Positions 23,655-31,084 of a stretch of DNA of 55,290 nt are shown here, piece by piece. A program made the translations under genes and the position numbers. A model generated the notes under the pieces. That model was not told the origin of the DNA. It searched no databases and saw only the letters and a list, made by a program, of their open reading frames with translations. Positions within the stretch are counted from its first letter, which is position 1; each line of letters begins with the position of its first letter. Source of the DNA: an uncultured Candidatus Saccharibacteria bacterium (GTDB lineage: Bacteria > Patescibacteriota > Dojkabacteria > SC72); contig CAZCMQ010000001.1 of the NCBI GenBank assembly GCA_964500025.1, positions 1 through 55,290 of the forward strand, given 5' to 3'.

Positions 23655-23999
23655 AAAATGATAAATTCATTCCTGGACGGTGAAAACTGCAACGGTGGCG
23701 GGAATGTCTTAAATGTCTCTACCACGGTAACCAAAAGAGACAGCCGGGGGAACTCGGGGAGCTAATAAGTTGTATGAGGGCGGCGATGTGCGTGCACTAG
23801 CCAATAGGCTGACTTATTATGTCTCCCTGCATCTGGAGCCGGTGGTAAGCGAAGTAGCATTCGAAAGTCCAGATTACCACGCCTTTGCTACATAAGGTAT
23901 TAAGTGGTGCCGACTACGGAAACCTCAATAAAGTCCGCGGCTGGTTTTGTTTCCTTTACTCACTTTTTAGTGGGTAAGGGGGAACTTTGCCAGCCGTTT
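23655..23999 (+). ncRNA. Candidate structured RNA or long structured leader (about 345 nt), class unknown
   Basis: No ORF of 60 aa or more on the plus strand and visibly higher G+C than the flanks. Hand-found helices: 23668-73/23701-06; 23715-20/23736-41; 23757-61+23763-70/23812-19+23823-27; 23842-48/23874-80 (alternative 23904-08/23876-80). Terminal long hairpin 23938-23996. Confidence 0.5.
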
Positions 24000-24146
24000 C
24001 CTAATAAAGTATAGTAGAGTGAAGAAAGTAAAGTTTACGCTAACTATAGCTGTTAGAAACGATATAACTGTTAATACCATTCGCCGCACCTTGGAAAATC
24101 TTCTAAAATATCTTCCTTGGTGCGTTTTTATTTCTGAGGTATCCAA

Positions 24147-24320
24147 ATGAGATTGTGGCCTTTTTCTAAAGAAGTTAAAGTACAAACCGACAAGAGAATA
24201 ACTATTCCCATTAAAGTACTTGCAGAAAGTCTATTTGAGGAGTATAATCCTAACAAATATTATTATTTTGCCCGTGTTTCTCATAATGATGACATTATAA
24301 TCGCCCAATATCAGAAATGA
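24147..24320 (+). CDS. AbrB/SpoVT (swapped-hairpin) family DNA-binding protein, 57 aa; antitoxin-like
   Basis: Not in the track. GAGG 6 nt upstream. KVQTDKRITIPIKVLAESL...DDIIIAQYQK parallels AbrB (VDELGRVVIPIELRRTL...DDEKIILKKYK). The stop overlaps the next ATG (ATGA). Confidence 0.65.
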   Translation: MRLWPFSKEVKVQTDKRITIPIKVLAESLFEEYNPNKYYYFARVSHNDDIIIAQYQK

Positions 24321-24640
24321 AAGTAAATAATACCTCTAGTAATTCTATAGTACTCTCCATTCCAGAGGGATCGGCCCAATTAACTGAATTCCCGGGGAAT
24401 GAATGTCAGATAGGAATTTTTCATAATGTTTATATTAAAAGGGAACATAGAGGAAAGGGAATTGGATCTAAATTTCATAAACATAGACTAGAAGCTGCCA
24501 AAAGATATGGATATTCTACTGTAATCTGTACGGTTAATGTTGATAACGTGGTTGAACTTCGCATATTAGAAAAGAACAATTGGATCAATATGGGAAAGCT
24601 CACAGATACTTCTTATCTTTTTAAGAAAGATTTGACATGA
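24317..24640 (+). CDS. Minimal GNAT-family N-acetyltransferase, 107 aa
   Basis: Acetyl-CoA motif A: VYIKREHRGKGIGSKFHKHRLEAAKRYGY...VNVDNVVELRILEKNNWINMG. Confidence 0.8.
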   Translation: MKVNNTSSNSIVLSIPEGSAQLTEFPGNECQIGIFHNVYIKREHRGKGIGSKFHKHRLEAAKRYGYSTVICTVNVDNVVELRILEKNNWINMGKLTDTSYLFKKDLT

Positions 24641-24783
24641 AGCATAAATACTATGATGTAATTATCGCTTGGGCTAACGGAAAAGATATTGAATGCCGTA
24701 CTTCATATACATATGAATGGCAGCCTTGTATGACAGACGAAGAATGGATTGATGAACTCTTAGAGGGAGTTTTAGGTGGATAA
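24637..24783 (+). CDS. Small ORF, 48 aa, paralogue-family member
   Basis: Not in the track. ATGA overlap. MKHKYYDVIIAWANGKDIECR..EW resembles 12760 and 13562. Confidence 0.5.
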   Translation: MKHKYYDVIIAWANGKDIECRTSYTYEWQPCMTDEEWIDELLEGVLGG

Positions 24784-24955
24784 GCATGTTTTGGTTGTCG
24801 CTTACAAAACCCATTATATACACAATGGAGAAAGAATAGATTATTGGGCAATCAGACAGTGGACTTTTAATACAAAAGAAAGCGCGGAAGAGTTTTTCAC
24901 ACAGCTTGAAAAACTTGAATTCAAATTAGTGGCTATATGGAAAATACCATGCTAA
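24776..24955 (+). CDS. Possible small ORF (GTG start), 59 aa
   Basis: GGAG upstream of GTG 24776; weak. Confidence 0.3.
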   Translation: MDKHVLVVAYKTHYIHNGERIDYWAIRQWTFNTKESAEEFFTQLEKLEFKLVAIWKIPC

Positions 24956-25161
24956 TATATCTTTCTATTTGTACTTTTTTTGCTCTCTTTACACTATTAT
25001 ATTCTTATTTTGTAGAAAGTGAGATTTATATAGCCTCCGTCATTATTAGTATATTGCTTTATGTACCGTTCTTGAATATAGTTTTATTGTCAATGTTTAT
25101 CGTTGCTGTGTATGACGACAATAGAGCTTTTTTTGATAAATCATTACTCAAAAGAAAATGA
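24937..25161 (+). CDS. Small membrane protein
   Basis: Two hydrophobic stretches (LIYLSICTFFALFTLLY; VIISILLYVPFLNIVLLSMFIVAV). Confidence 0.5.
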   Translation: MENTMLIYLSICTFFALFTLLYSYFVESEIYIASVIISILLYVPFLNIVLLSMFIVAVYDDNRAFFDKSLLKRK

Positions 25162-25261
25162 TTAGCTTATCTTTGCTTGCATTATATATTAACTTGTTTA
25201 CTCTTATATTTTCTCTTATTTGTATTATACTTTTACCATTTGCTATTTATTTTGTGCTAAA

Positions 25262-25471
25262 ATGAATTGTTCTGAATGCATGTTTTCAGTTAATGATGGA
25301 TATGAATTGTCTTGTCGTAGATATCCACCAACTGTTATTACTCACACATCATCTAGGTTTCCGGTCGTGTATCAAGGGTGGTGGTGTGGGGAATTTAAAC
25401 AAAGATTTGATTCAATCACTATGTTAAAATTAGTGCCAAGGGAGAATGAATCCAGAAGTCTTAGTAATTAA
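25262..25471 (+). CDS. Cys-rich small protein (ATG 25262)
   Basis: In frame with the track ORF; MNCSECMF... Confidence 0.5.
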   Translation: MNCSECMFSVNDGYELSCRRYPPTVITHTSSRFPVVYQGWWCGEFKQRFDSITMLKLVPRENESRSLSN

Positions 25472-26648
25472 GTTTCTACTAACATACGAGAATTACGCCA
25501 AATGGCGCAGCCGCATCGACTCATTAGAATTTTCAAAGGAGATGCGGCCTTTTCTTTTTGCATTAGATAACCTTTTCGCAAAACAAAAAGAAGTAAGTGC
25601 CCAAGAATTAGGTATCGAAGTATACAGAACCGGGAAGAAAGATCGAGAACTTCTATCTATTGTTGCGGAGCAACTGCTTACAGCAGAACCTCCTAATAAT
25701 GTAGAAGAATTACTTGACACTTTCCACAAAGCAAAGACACTTCGAGATCTAGCCACTGCTGCCTATGAGGCAAGTATTGATGGCAGCGTGGATAAAATTT
25801 ATCCGTTAGTAGAAAAATTAGAAAAAACGGAAGAAATCAGCGAAGAATATGTCACTGATGACATAGATAGCATTCTTGCTGATACTGCTCTCCAACCTGG
25901 ATTGCGTTGGAGACTCAACACCCTTAATCGTTCTTTAGGTTCCTTGAGAACCGGTAATTTTGGTTTTATCTTTGCGCGGCCAGAGGTAGGTAAAACTACT
26001 TTTATTGCGTCCGAAGTAACATTTATGTCAGAACAAACTGACAGACCTGTTATCTGGATCAATAATGAACAGCCGGGTAAGGAAGTAATGTTGAGGGTGT
26101 ATCAAGCAAAGCTTGGTGCAACTCTTGATCAAATTAAACGTAATCCACAAAAAGCTAAGGAAGCTTATGAGCGCGCCGGTAAAATCTTACTTGTTGACAA
26201 GGCAACGATCTCAAGAAAAGAAATTGAAGCACTTGCAGAAAAAGAAAAACCTTCGCTTATTGTCATTGACCAACTCGACAAAGTTACGGGCTTCGACGCC
26301 GAAAGAGAAGATCTTGTTCTCGGGAAAAAATACATCTGGGCAAGAGAACTGGCAAAAAGGTTTTGTCCCGTCATTGGCGTTTCCCAAGCAGACGGAACAG
26401 CAGAGGGAATTCAATGGCTCAATATGGGGCATGTGAGTAACGCAAAGACAGCTAAACAAGCAGAGGCAGATTTTATTTTAGGTATTGGAATGCTTCTAAC
26501 TCCAGGATTTGAAGATAATAGATTTATTTCTATCTGTAAAAATAAACTATTAGGAGACGAAGATACTGATCCTAAACTTAGACATGCTAGATTGGAAGTA
26601 TTAATAGACCCGGAAAGGGCACGCTATCTTGATTTGGAGGAAACTTGA
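25446..26648 (+). CDS. dnaB: Replicative DNA helicase (DnaB / T7 gp4-helicase-like)
   Basis: Walker A GFIFARPEVGKTTF, Walker B LIVIDQLDKV, GGGAG-type SD upstream. Confidence 0.85.
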   Translation: MNPEVLVIKFLLTYENYAKWRSRIDSLEFSKEMRPFLFALDNLFAKQKEVSAQELGIEVYRTGKKDRELLSIVAEQLLTAEPPNNVEELLDTFHKAKTLRDLATAAYEASIDGSVDKIYPLVEKLEKTEEISEEYVTDDIDSILADTALQPGLRWRLNTLNRSLGSLRTGNFGFIFARPEVGKTTFIASEVTFMSEQTDRPVIWINNEQPGKEVMLRVYQAKLGATLDQIKRNPQKAKEAYERAGKILLVDKATISRKEIEALAEKEKPSLIVIDQLDKVTGFDAEREDLVLGKKYIWARELAKRFCPVIGVSQADGTAEGIQWLNMGHVSNAKTAKQAEADFILGIGMLLTPGFEDNRFISICKNKLLGDEDTDPKLRHARLEVLIDPERARYLDLEET

Positions 26649-26833
26649 ACCCATATACCCAAAGTGTTAATTGGTTGATTGAAGTTTATGAAAGAACTAT
26701 CGCTCATGCAGAAGATGAGGCTCCACAGGCAACAAGAATCACTAGAGAGGCATTGAATATTCTTAAAATGAATCCATATTATGAAGGTGAGGATCTCTTT
26801 GTACAGAAACCAAAAGATTCTAGACCTAGCTAG
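26645..26833 (+). CDS. Hypothetical protein
   Basis: TTG start after GGAGG. Confidence 0.45.
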   Translation: MNPYTQSVNWLIEVYERTIAHAEDEAPQATRITREALNILKMNPYYEGEDLFVQKPKDSRPS

Positions 26834-27086
26834 AGAGTGTGAGCGCTGTCAAAGCTGTCAATCTACTAGTCCAACAATAGTCGCAGCACATAGTAATCAG
26901 CTCAGGGACGGAAAAGGGAGAGGACTAAAGGCACATGACTATAGAGTGGCTTATCTTTGTTATGAATGCCACACAGAAATTGATCAAGGAAAACTCTCCA
27001 AAGAAGAAAAAAGAGAATTGTGGGAGGATGCGCATAGACGCACGATCGGATGGCTGTTCGAGAACAATCATATAAAAATTATCTAA
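26781..27086 (+). CDS. Zinc-binding putative nuclease (DUF1364/YbcO-like, from memory)
   Basis: CERCQSC...AAHSNQLRDGKGRGLKAHDY..YLCYECH. Confidence 0.6.
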   Translation: MKVRISLYRNQKILDLARECERCQSCQSTSPTIVAAHSNQLRDGKGRGLKAHDYRVAYLCYECHTEIDQGKLSKEEKRELWEDAHRRTIGWLFENNHIKII

Positions 27087-28192
27087 CCTTAGATACAGAA
27101 AACACCACTAGCAATAAAGGCGCTGCTCACGACAAAAGAAATAGAAATGTAGGAATCTCCTATCATTTCAATGGAGACTTTGGATTTACCAACGACTATA
27201 AATTAATTCAAAGTTTGGTAGATCAAGCCACAGATCTAGTTGGATTCAACTTCAAGTATGATCTGGCTTGGCTAAGAAATGTTGGTATCCGAGTAGAACA
27301 TAAAAGAATTTGGGATACCCAAATCGGTGAGTATCTTTTAACTCACCAGCAAACTCGCTATCCTTCTCTCAATGACTGTGCCATTAAATATGGTTTAGGA
27401 GAGAAGATAGACAAGATCGCAGAATATTGGGCTCAGGGAATAAATACAAATGAAATTCCTTGGGAAGAGCTAGAAGAGTATGCGATTCAAGATGCCAAAC
27501 TAACATGGGATCTCTTCAAAGTTTTAGATAATCTCATCGGAGATAAAAAAACTTTGTGGAAATTATATGGATATGATATAATTGTATTAGAGGACATGGA
27601 AAGAAATGGAATCCTCATCTCTAAGGACTATCAGAGGTCGAAAAAAGCTGAGCTTCAAGAGAGACTTGAGTTGGTTGAATCGGAAATTCGGAAATTCATT
27701 CCACCCGATATCCCGAACTTCAACATCAACTCCGGAGATCATCTTTCAGCCCTCCTCTATGGAGGGTCAATCCTCTATCAAAAAAGGATCCCTATTGGAG
27801 TATATAAAACAGGTATCAAACAGGGCCAACCTAGATTCCAAATAGAAAGACAGGTGTTTGTTCTTCCGGGAATGATAAAACCATTAAAAGGATCTGAGTT
27901 AAAAAAACCAGGAATGTATGCTACAGATGAAGCCACATTATTAAAATTAGGAGATAAGAGTGGGTTGATCCCTCTGCTTCTTGAACAAGCGGGACTCACT
28001 AAACTTATTGGAACTTATTTTAATTATGAAGAATTAATTGAAGAAATGGGATGGGATAATTGTATTCATTCTTCCTTTAATCATATTGTAACAAACACTG
28101 GTAGATTAAGTTCAGTGCGACCAAACATTCAGAATTGTCCTCCAGAAGTAGATTATTCTTTTATCAGTCGTTATGATAGTAGCGGCCGATAA
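27050..28192 (+). CDS. polA: Family A DNA polymerase, N-terminal segment (3'-5' exonuclease + thumb/fingers up to the QNxP motif)
   Basis: Exo I LTLDTENT, TNTGRLSSVRPNIQNCP; the ORF ends 19 nt after the ATG of the next segment. Confidence 0.85.
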   Translation: MAVREQSYKNYLTLDTENTTSNKGAAHDKRNRNVGISYHFNGDFGFTNDYKLIQSLVDQATDLVGFNFKYDLAWLRNVGIRVEHKRIWDTQIGEYLLTHQQTRYPSLNDCAIKYGLGEKIDKIAEYWAQGINTNEIPWEELEEYAIQDAKLTWDLFKVLDNLIGDKKTLWKLYGYDIIVLEDMERNGILISKDYQRSKKAELQERLELVESEIRKFIPPDIPNFNINSGDHLSALLYGGSILYQKRIPIGVYKTGIKQGQPRFQIERQVFVLPGMIKPLKGSELKKPGMYATDEATLLKLGDKSGLIPLLLEQAGLTKLIGTYFNYEELIEEMGWDNCIHSSFNHIVTNTGRLSSVRPNIQNCPPEVDYSFISRYDSSGR

Positions 28193-28919
28193 AAAAGCTC
28201 TGGAGTGGAGAGTAGCCTTAGAATTATCAAGAGATGAAACAGGATTAAAAGAAATTCATGATGAATTGGTGGATATTCATAGCGCTAATCAGCGCCATTT
28301 TAATATTCCCGACGGTCCTACAGGGAGAGAAGGAAGACTTGCCGCCAAGATCTTCTTATTCAGAACAATCTTTAGGGGATCAGCATATGCCTTCTCAAAA
28401 GACGAACTCTTTTCGTGGATCTCATCCAGTCCGAAATATTGGGAGAGACTGATTGAACAATTCTTCCAAAAATATGATGGATTGGATGCATGGCATCAGG
28501 AGTTAGCTAAACTTTCAGCACAGAGAAAACCATACAAGAGCTTCACAGGAAGAACGTGGCTGGTTCCTCCTTTTATCACTCCAACAGGGGAAACAAAATT
28601 ACTGTGGTCTAGTTTTACTAATTTTCCAGTACAAGGAACTGGAGCAGATATAGTCAAGTTAACTAGAATTGGAATTCATTCCAGACTTAGAAAACATAAA
28701 ATGAAAGCTGGATTGATTAATACAATTCATGATGCTAACTATATTGACTCTCCTGAGAACGAAGCAAAGGCTTGTGTAAACATTCTTTATGAAGCTAGTG
28801 ATGATATACCAAACCTAGTTAAGAAGTATTTTAATCATGAATTAGCTCTACCTTTTCCATGTGAAGCTAAATGGGGACCAAGTGTGGGAGCATTAGAGAA
28901 AGTAGAAAGATTTGCTTGA
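28173..28919 (+). CDS. polA: Family A DNA polymerase, C-terminal segment (motifs A, B, C), in the +1 frame relative to the N-terminal segment
   Basis: IVAADKKALEWRVA (motif A, cf. DYSQIELR), RLAAKIFLFRTIFRGSAY (motif B), INTIHDAN (motif C); no SD before ATG 28173. Confidence 0.85.
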   Translation: MIVAADKKALEWRVALELSRDETGLKEIHDELVDIHSANQRHFNIPDGPTGREGRLAAKIFLFRTIFRGSAYAFSKDELFSWISSSPKYWERLIEQFFQKYDGLDAWHQELAKLSAQRKPYKSFTGRTWLVPPFITPTGETKLLWSSFTNFPVQGTGADIVKLTRIGIHSRLRKHKMKAGLINTIHDANYIDSPENEAKACVNILYEASDDIPNLVKKYFNHELALPFPCEAKWGPSVGALEKVERFA

Positions 28920-28944
28920 CAAATCTAGACAAATATAATATTAT
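28916..28944 (+). promoter_or_regulatory. Sigma70-type promoter candidate (TTGACA-17 nt-TATTAT) upstream of ssb
   Basis: cTTGACAaatctagacaaatataaTATTAT; the first 11 nt are identical to the 23619 promoter (TTGACAAATCT). Confidence 0.5.
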
Positions 28945-28956
28945 ATATGGAGTCAT

Positions 28957-29424
28957 ATGAACATCAATATCGTTAATGTAAATTCCTCAGTAGGAACTAC
29001 TAAAAAAGGTGAGCCTTATTCACTGTTAGAAGTAACTTATAAAGATTCAAATGGACGAGTATCCCAAAAGAAAATTTTACCTTTCGGCAATAGTAAAGAC
29101 GTTTATGATGTGCTGGCTACTGCTAAACAGGGTGATTGGTTTTCTGTGGAAACAGCTAAAAATGGGATGTATACTGACTGGACCGGAATTGCCAGACAAG
29201 ACTCACCACCAAAGGAAACTCCTGTGAATTATAAACAACGATCAGACGAAACTCAAATTCAAATCATTCGCCAGTCCAGCATTAAAGCCGCTGCAGATCT
29301 TCTTCAAGGTACCGGAGATGTCGAGGCAACTCTCGCGGCGGCCAAACGATTTGAAGATTATGTATTAGGCAAGAAAGCAGATTTCAGCGACATGGAAGAC
29401 GATATTCCTTTTAGTCGGGGATGA
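28957..29424 (+). CDS. ssb: Single-stranded DNA-binding protein
   Basis: Acidic C-terminal tip DMEDDIPF (cf. bacterial SSB DDDIPF); OB-like N-terminal region. Confidence 0.75.
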   Translation: MNINIVNVNSSVGTTKKGEPYSLLEVTYKDSNGRVSQKKILPFGNSKDVYDVLATAKQGDWFSVETAKNGMYTDWTGIARQDSPPKETPVNYKQRSDETQIQIIRQSSIKAAADLLQGTGDVEATLAAAKRFEDYVLGKKADFSDMEDDIPFSRG

Positions 29425-29849
29425 GCACGTCCCAAGACAAAACGTGCTTTAAGTGTGGAATTAGGCAATCTTTAGACGGATTCTATAAGCATCCAAGAAT
29501 GAAAGATGGATACTTGAACAAATGTAAAAATTGCACTAAAACTGACTCTCTATTAAATCGAAGGAAAAACGAAGACTATTATAATAAATATGATAGAGAT
29601 CGAGCTAAACTTTTTCATAGAAAACAATCTATGAAGATTATTCATGAAAAATGGAAAGTAAAATTTCCGGAAAAAAGAAAGGCGCATATTATATTTAATA
29701 ATGCTATTAGAGATAATAAAATTAAAAAACTACCTTGCTGGGAGTGTGGAAACGTGGAAGTAGAGGGACATCATCCAGATTATGACCAACCACTTCAAGT
29801 TGTTTGGCTTTGTACTAAGCATCACAAAGAAATTCATCGAAAATTCTGA
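29421..29849 (+). CDS. HNH endonuclease
   Basis: N-terminal CFKCG...CKNC; C-terminal CWECG...EGHHPDY..P..VVWLCTKHHKEIH. Confidence 0.75.
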   Translation: MSTSQDKTCFKCGIRQSLDGFYKHPRMKDGYLNKCKNCTKTDSLLNRRKNEDYYNKYDRDRAKLFHRKQSMKIIHEKWKVKFPEKRKAHIIFNNAIRDNKIKKLPCWECGNVEVEGHHPDYDQPLQVVWLCTKHHKEIHRKF

Positions 29850-30565
29850 TGAATATCTCTAAACAAGAGGTCACTTACTGTTATCATTATGGTAGTGACT
29901 TAGAGGTAGTGAATGCCGCTAGAGTATCTTTTGATAAGATGAGTGAGTGGGAAATTTCTGGTTGGAAAGAAGAAGTTGATCTAGATTCACGAGTTATTTA
30001 TGATTTTCCCATCCATAAATTATCAGACAAAGATGCAAAACTTATTCACTACTTGGCTAAACATAATCACTGGAGCCCTTTTGGGCACGTTGGGGCAACT
30101 GTTCGTGTTAAGGCTCCAATTTTTGTGGCACGGCAGTTGGCCAAGAGCCAAGTTGGATTGGTTTGGAATGAAGTCAGCCGTAGATACGTTGATAATGAAC
30201 CTGAGTTTTATTTCCCTGATGCTTGGCGCGGAAGAGCGGAGAATGCAAAGCAAGGATCAGGAGAAGTTATCGGAGTAGAACAAAACGACAAAGCTGATCG
30301 TAATTTACAGATGGTAGTTGCACTTGCCCTTGGTGCTTATCAAAGTTTACTTTCATCGGATGTGGCTCCAGAACAGGCTAGAATGGTTCTTCCACAGAAT
30401 ACCATGACTGAATGGATCTGGACTGGTTCTTTGGCTGCTTGGGCTAGAGTATATAAGCTTCGATCAGATCCACATGCTCAATTAGAAACGCAAGAAATTG
30501 CATATAAACTAGAGGAAGTTCTTAAACCACTTTTTCCTGAATCGTGGGAAGCTTTAAAAAACTAA
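29849..30565 (+). CDS. thyX: ThyX-like (flavin-dependent thymidylate synthase fold) protein lacking the RHR signature
   Basis: Aligns by eye with T. maritima ThyX (AARVSFD; LI.YL.KH.H.SPF.H; VKAPIFVARQ; SRRY; LRSDPHAQ), but FRHRIAS is replaced by AKSQVGL. Confidence 0.8.
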   Translation: MNISKQEVTYCYHYGSDLEVVNAARVSFDKMSEWEISGWKEEVDLDSRVIYDFPIHKLSDKDAKLIHYLAKHNHWSPFGHVGATVRVKAPIFVARQLAKSQVGLVWNEVSRRYVDNEPEFYFPDAWRGRAENAKQGSGEVIGVEQNDKADRNLQMVVALALGAYQSLLSSDVAPEQARMVLPQNTMTEWIWTGSLAAWARVYKLRSDPHAQLETQEIAYKLEEVLKPLFPESWEALKN

Positions 30566-30897
30566 TTGCTGGTGTTTTGGCAGCCTGTGCTTTAACAGTG
30601 CAGGCTGCCGAACCATCTAAAGAGCAGGTAATTGCGGCTAGTGCTTTGTTAGCAGCAGATTGGCTGCAAACAAGATACATAGCGAGACATCCAGATCAGT
30701 TCTTTGAACATAATCCATTACTTGGTAGGCATCCTAGCATTGGTCGGGTCAATACTCATTTTCTTGGGGCATTTCTTCTTGGCTACACTCTTACTCAGTG
30801 GGGCTATTGCAATAGGAGTTGTTACTCTGTGTTTATTGCTCTCGAAGGTGCGAATGTAGCCAGGAATTTCTCAATAGGAATAAAGTTTGAATTCTAA
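30544..30897 (+). CDS. Exported protein with signal peptide and C-terminal ...KFEF
   Basis: GTG start; KKLIAGVLAACALTVQA/AEP signal-like N-terminus; terminal Phe. Confidence 0.6.
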   Translation: MGSFKKLIAGVLAACALTVQAAEPSKEQVIAASALLAADWLQTRYIARHPDQFFEHNPLLGRHPSIGRVNTHFLGAFLLGYTLTQWGYCNRSCYSVFIALEGANVARNFSIGIKFEF

Positions 30898-31084
30898 AAC
30901 ACATCCTGTTCAATTAGGATATAGTGAAGTTCCTGAAAAATACACCTTTAAATGTATTAAATGTAAATCTCTCAATATGTACTTCAGAGAAATAGACGAG
31001 ATCTACGGGGATCATAGATATTGGTGTGGGGATTGTAATTACCGTTGGGAAGGAGGAGGATTAGAATTAGGAGGCCAAAATTAG
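30887..31084 (+). CDS. Zinc-ribbon small protein
   Basis: CIKCKS...CGDCN. Confidence 0.5.
   Translation: MNSKTHPVQLGYSEVPEKYTFKCIKCKSLNMYFREIDEIYGDHRYWCGDCNYRWEGGGLELGGQN

Noticed and set aside
23836-23860. T-box riboswitch: GCCGGTGGTAAGCG resembles the T-box core GGGTGGTACCGCG, which would fit attractively with a possible tRNA-acetylating GNAT
   Set aside because: Only about 7 contiguous nt match. I could not identify Stem I elements (specifier loop, K-turn, AG bulge) or a canonical antiterminator bulge. Other features (outer-membrane-type C-terminus, GTA-type holin) hint at a diderm host, where T-boxes are rare. The idea is kept as a test for cmscan, not as a call.
23860-23945. RNase P RNA, tmRNA or tRNA-like element (GAAAGTCC and AAGTCCGCGGC resemble the RNase P CR-I GGAAAGTCCGG)
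   Set aside because: The other universally conserved RNase P blocks are absent. There is no T-arm GGTTCGAATCC-like sequence and no CCA-proximal acceptor stem. The resemblance is limited to one short word.
23967-24185. Minus-strand 72-aa ORF across the 3' hairpin of the candidate RNA and the AbrB-like gene start
   Set aside because: It is antisense to a promoter-driven unit, has no SD, and overlaps the better-supported AbrB-like ORF. It would be the only leftward gene within the rightward arm.
28934-28939. Perfect TATAAT at 28934 as the -10 of the ssb promoter
   Set aside because: It lies only 12 nt from the TTGACA. The TATTAT at 28939-44, with a 17-nt spacer, is the geometrically plausible -10.
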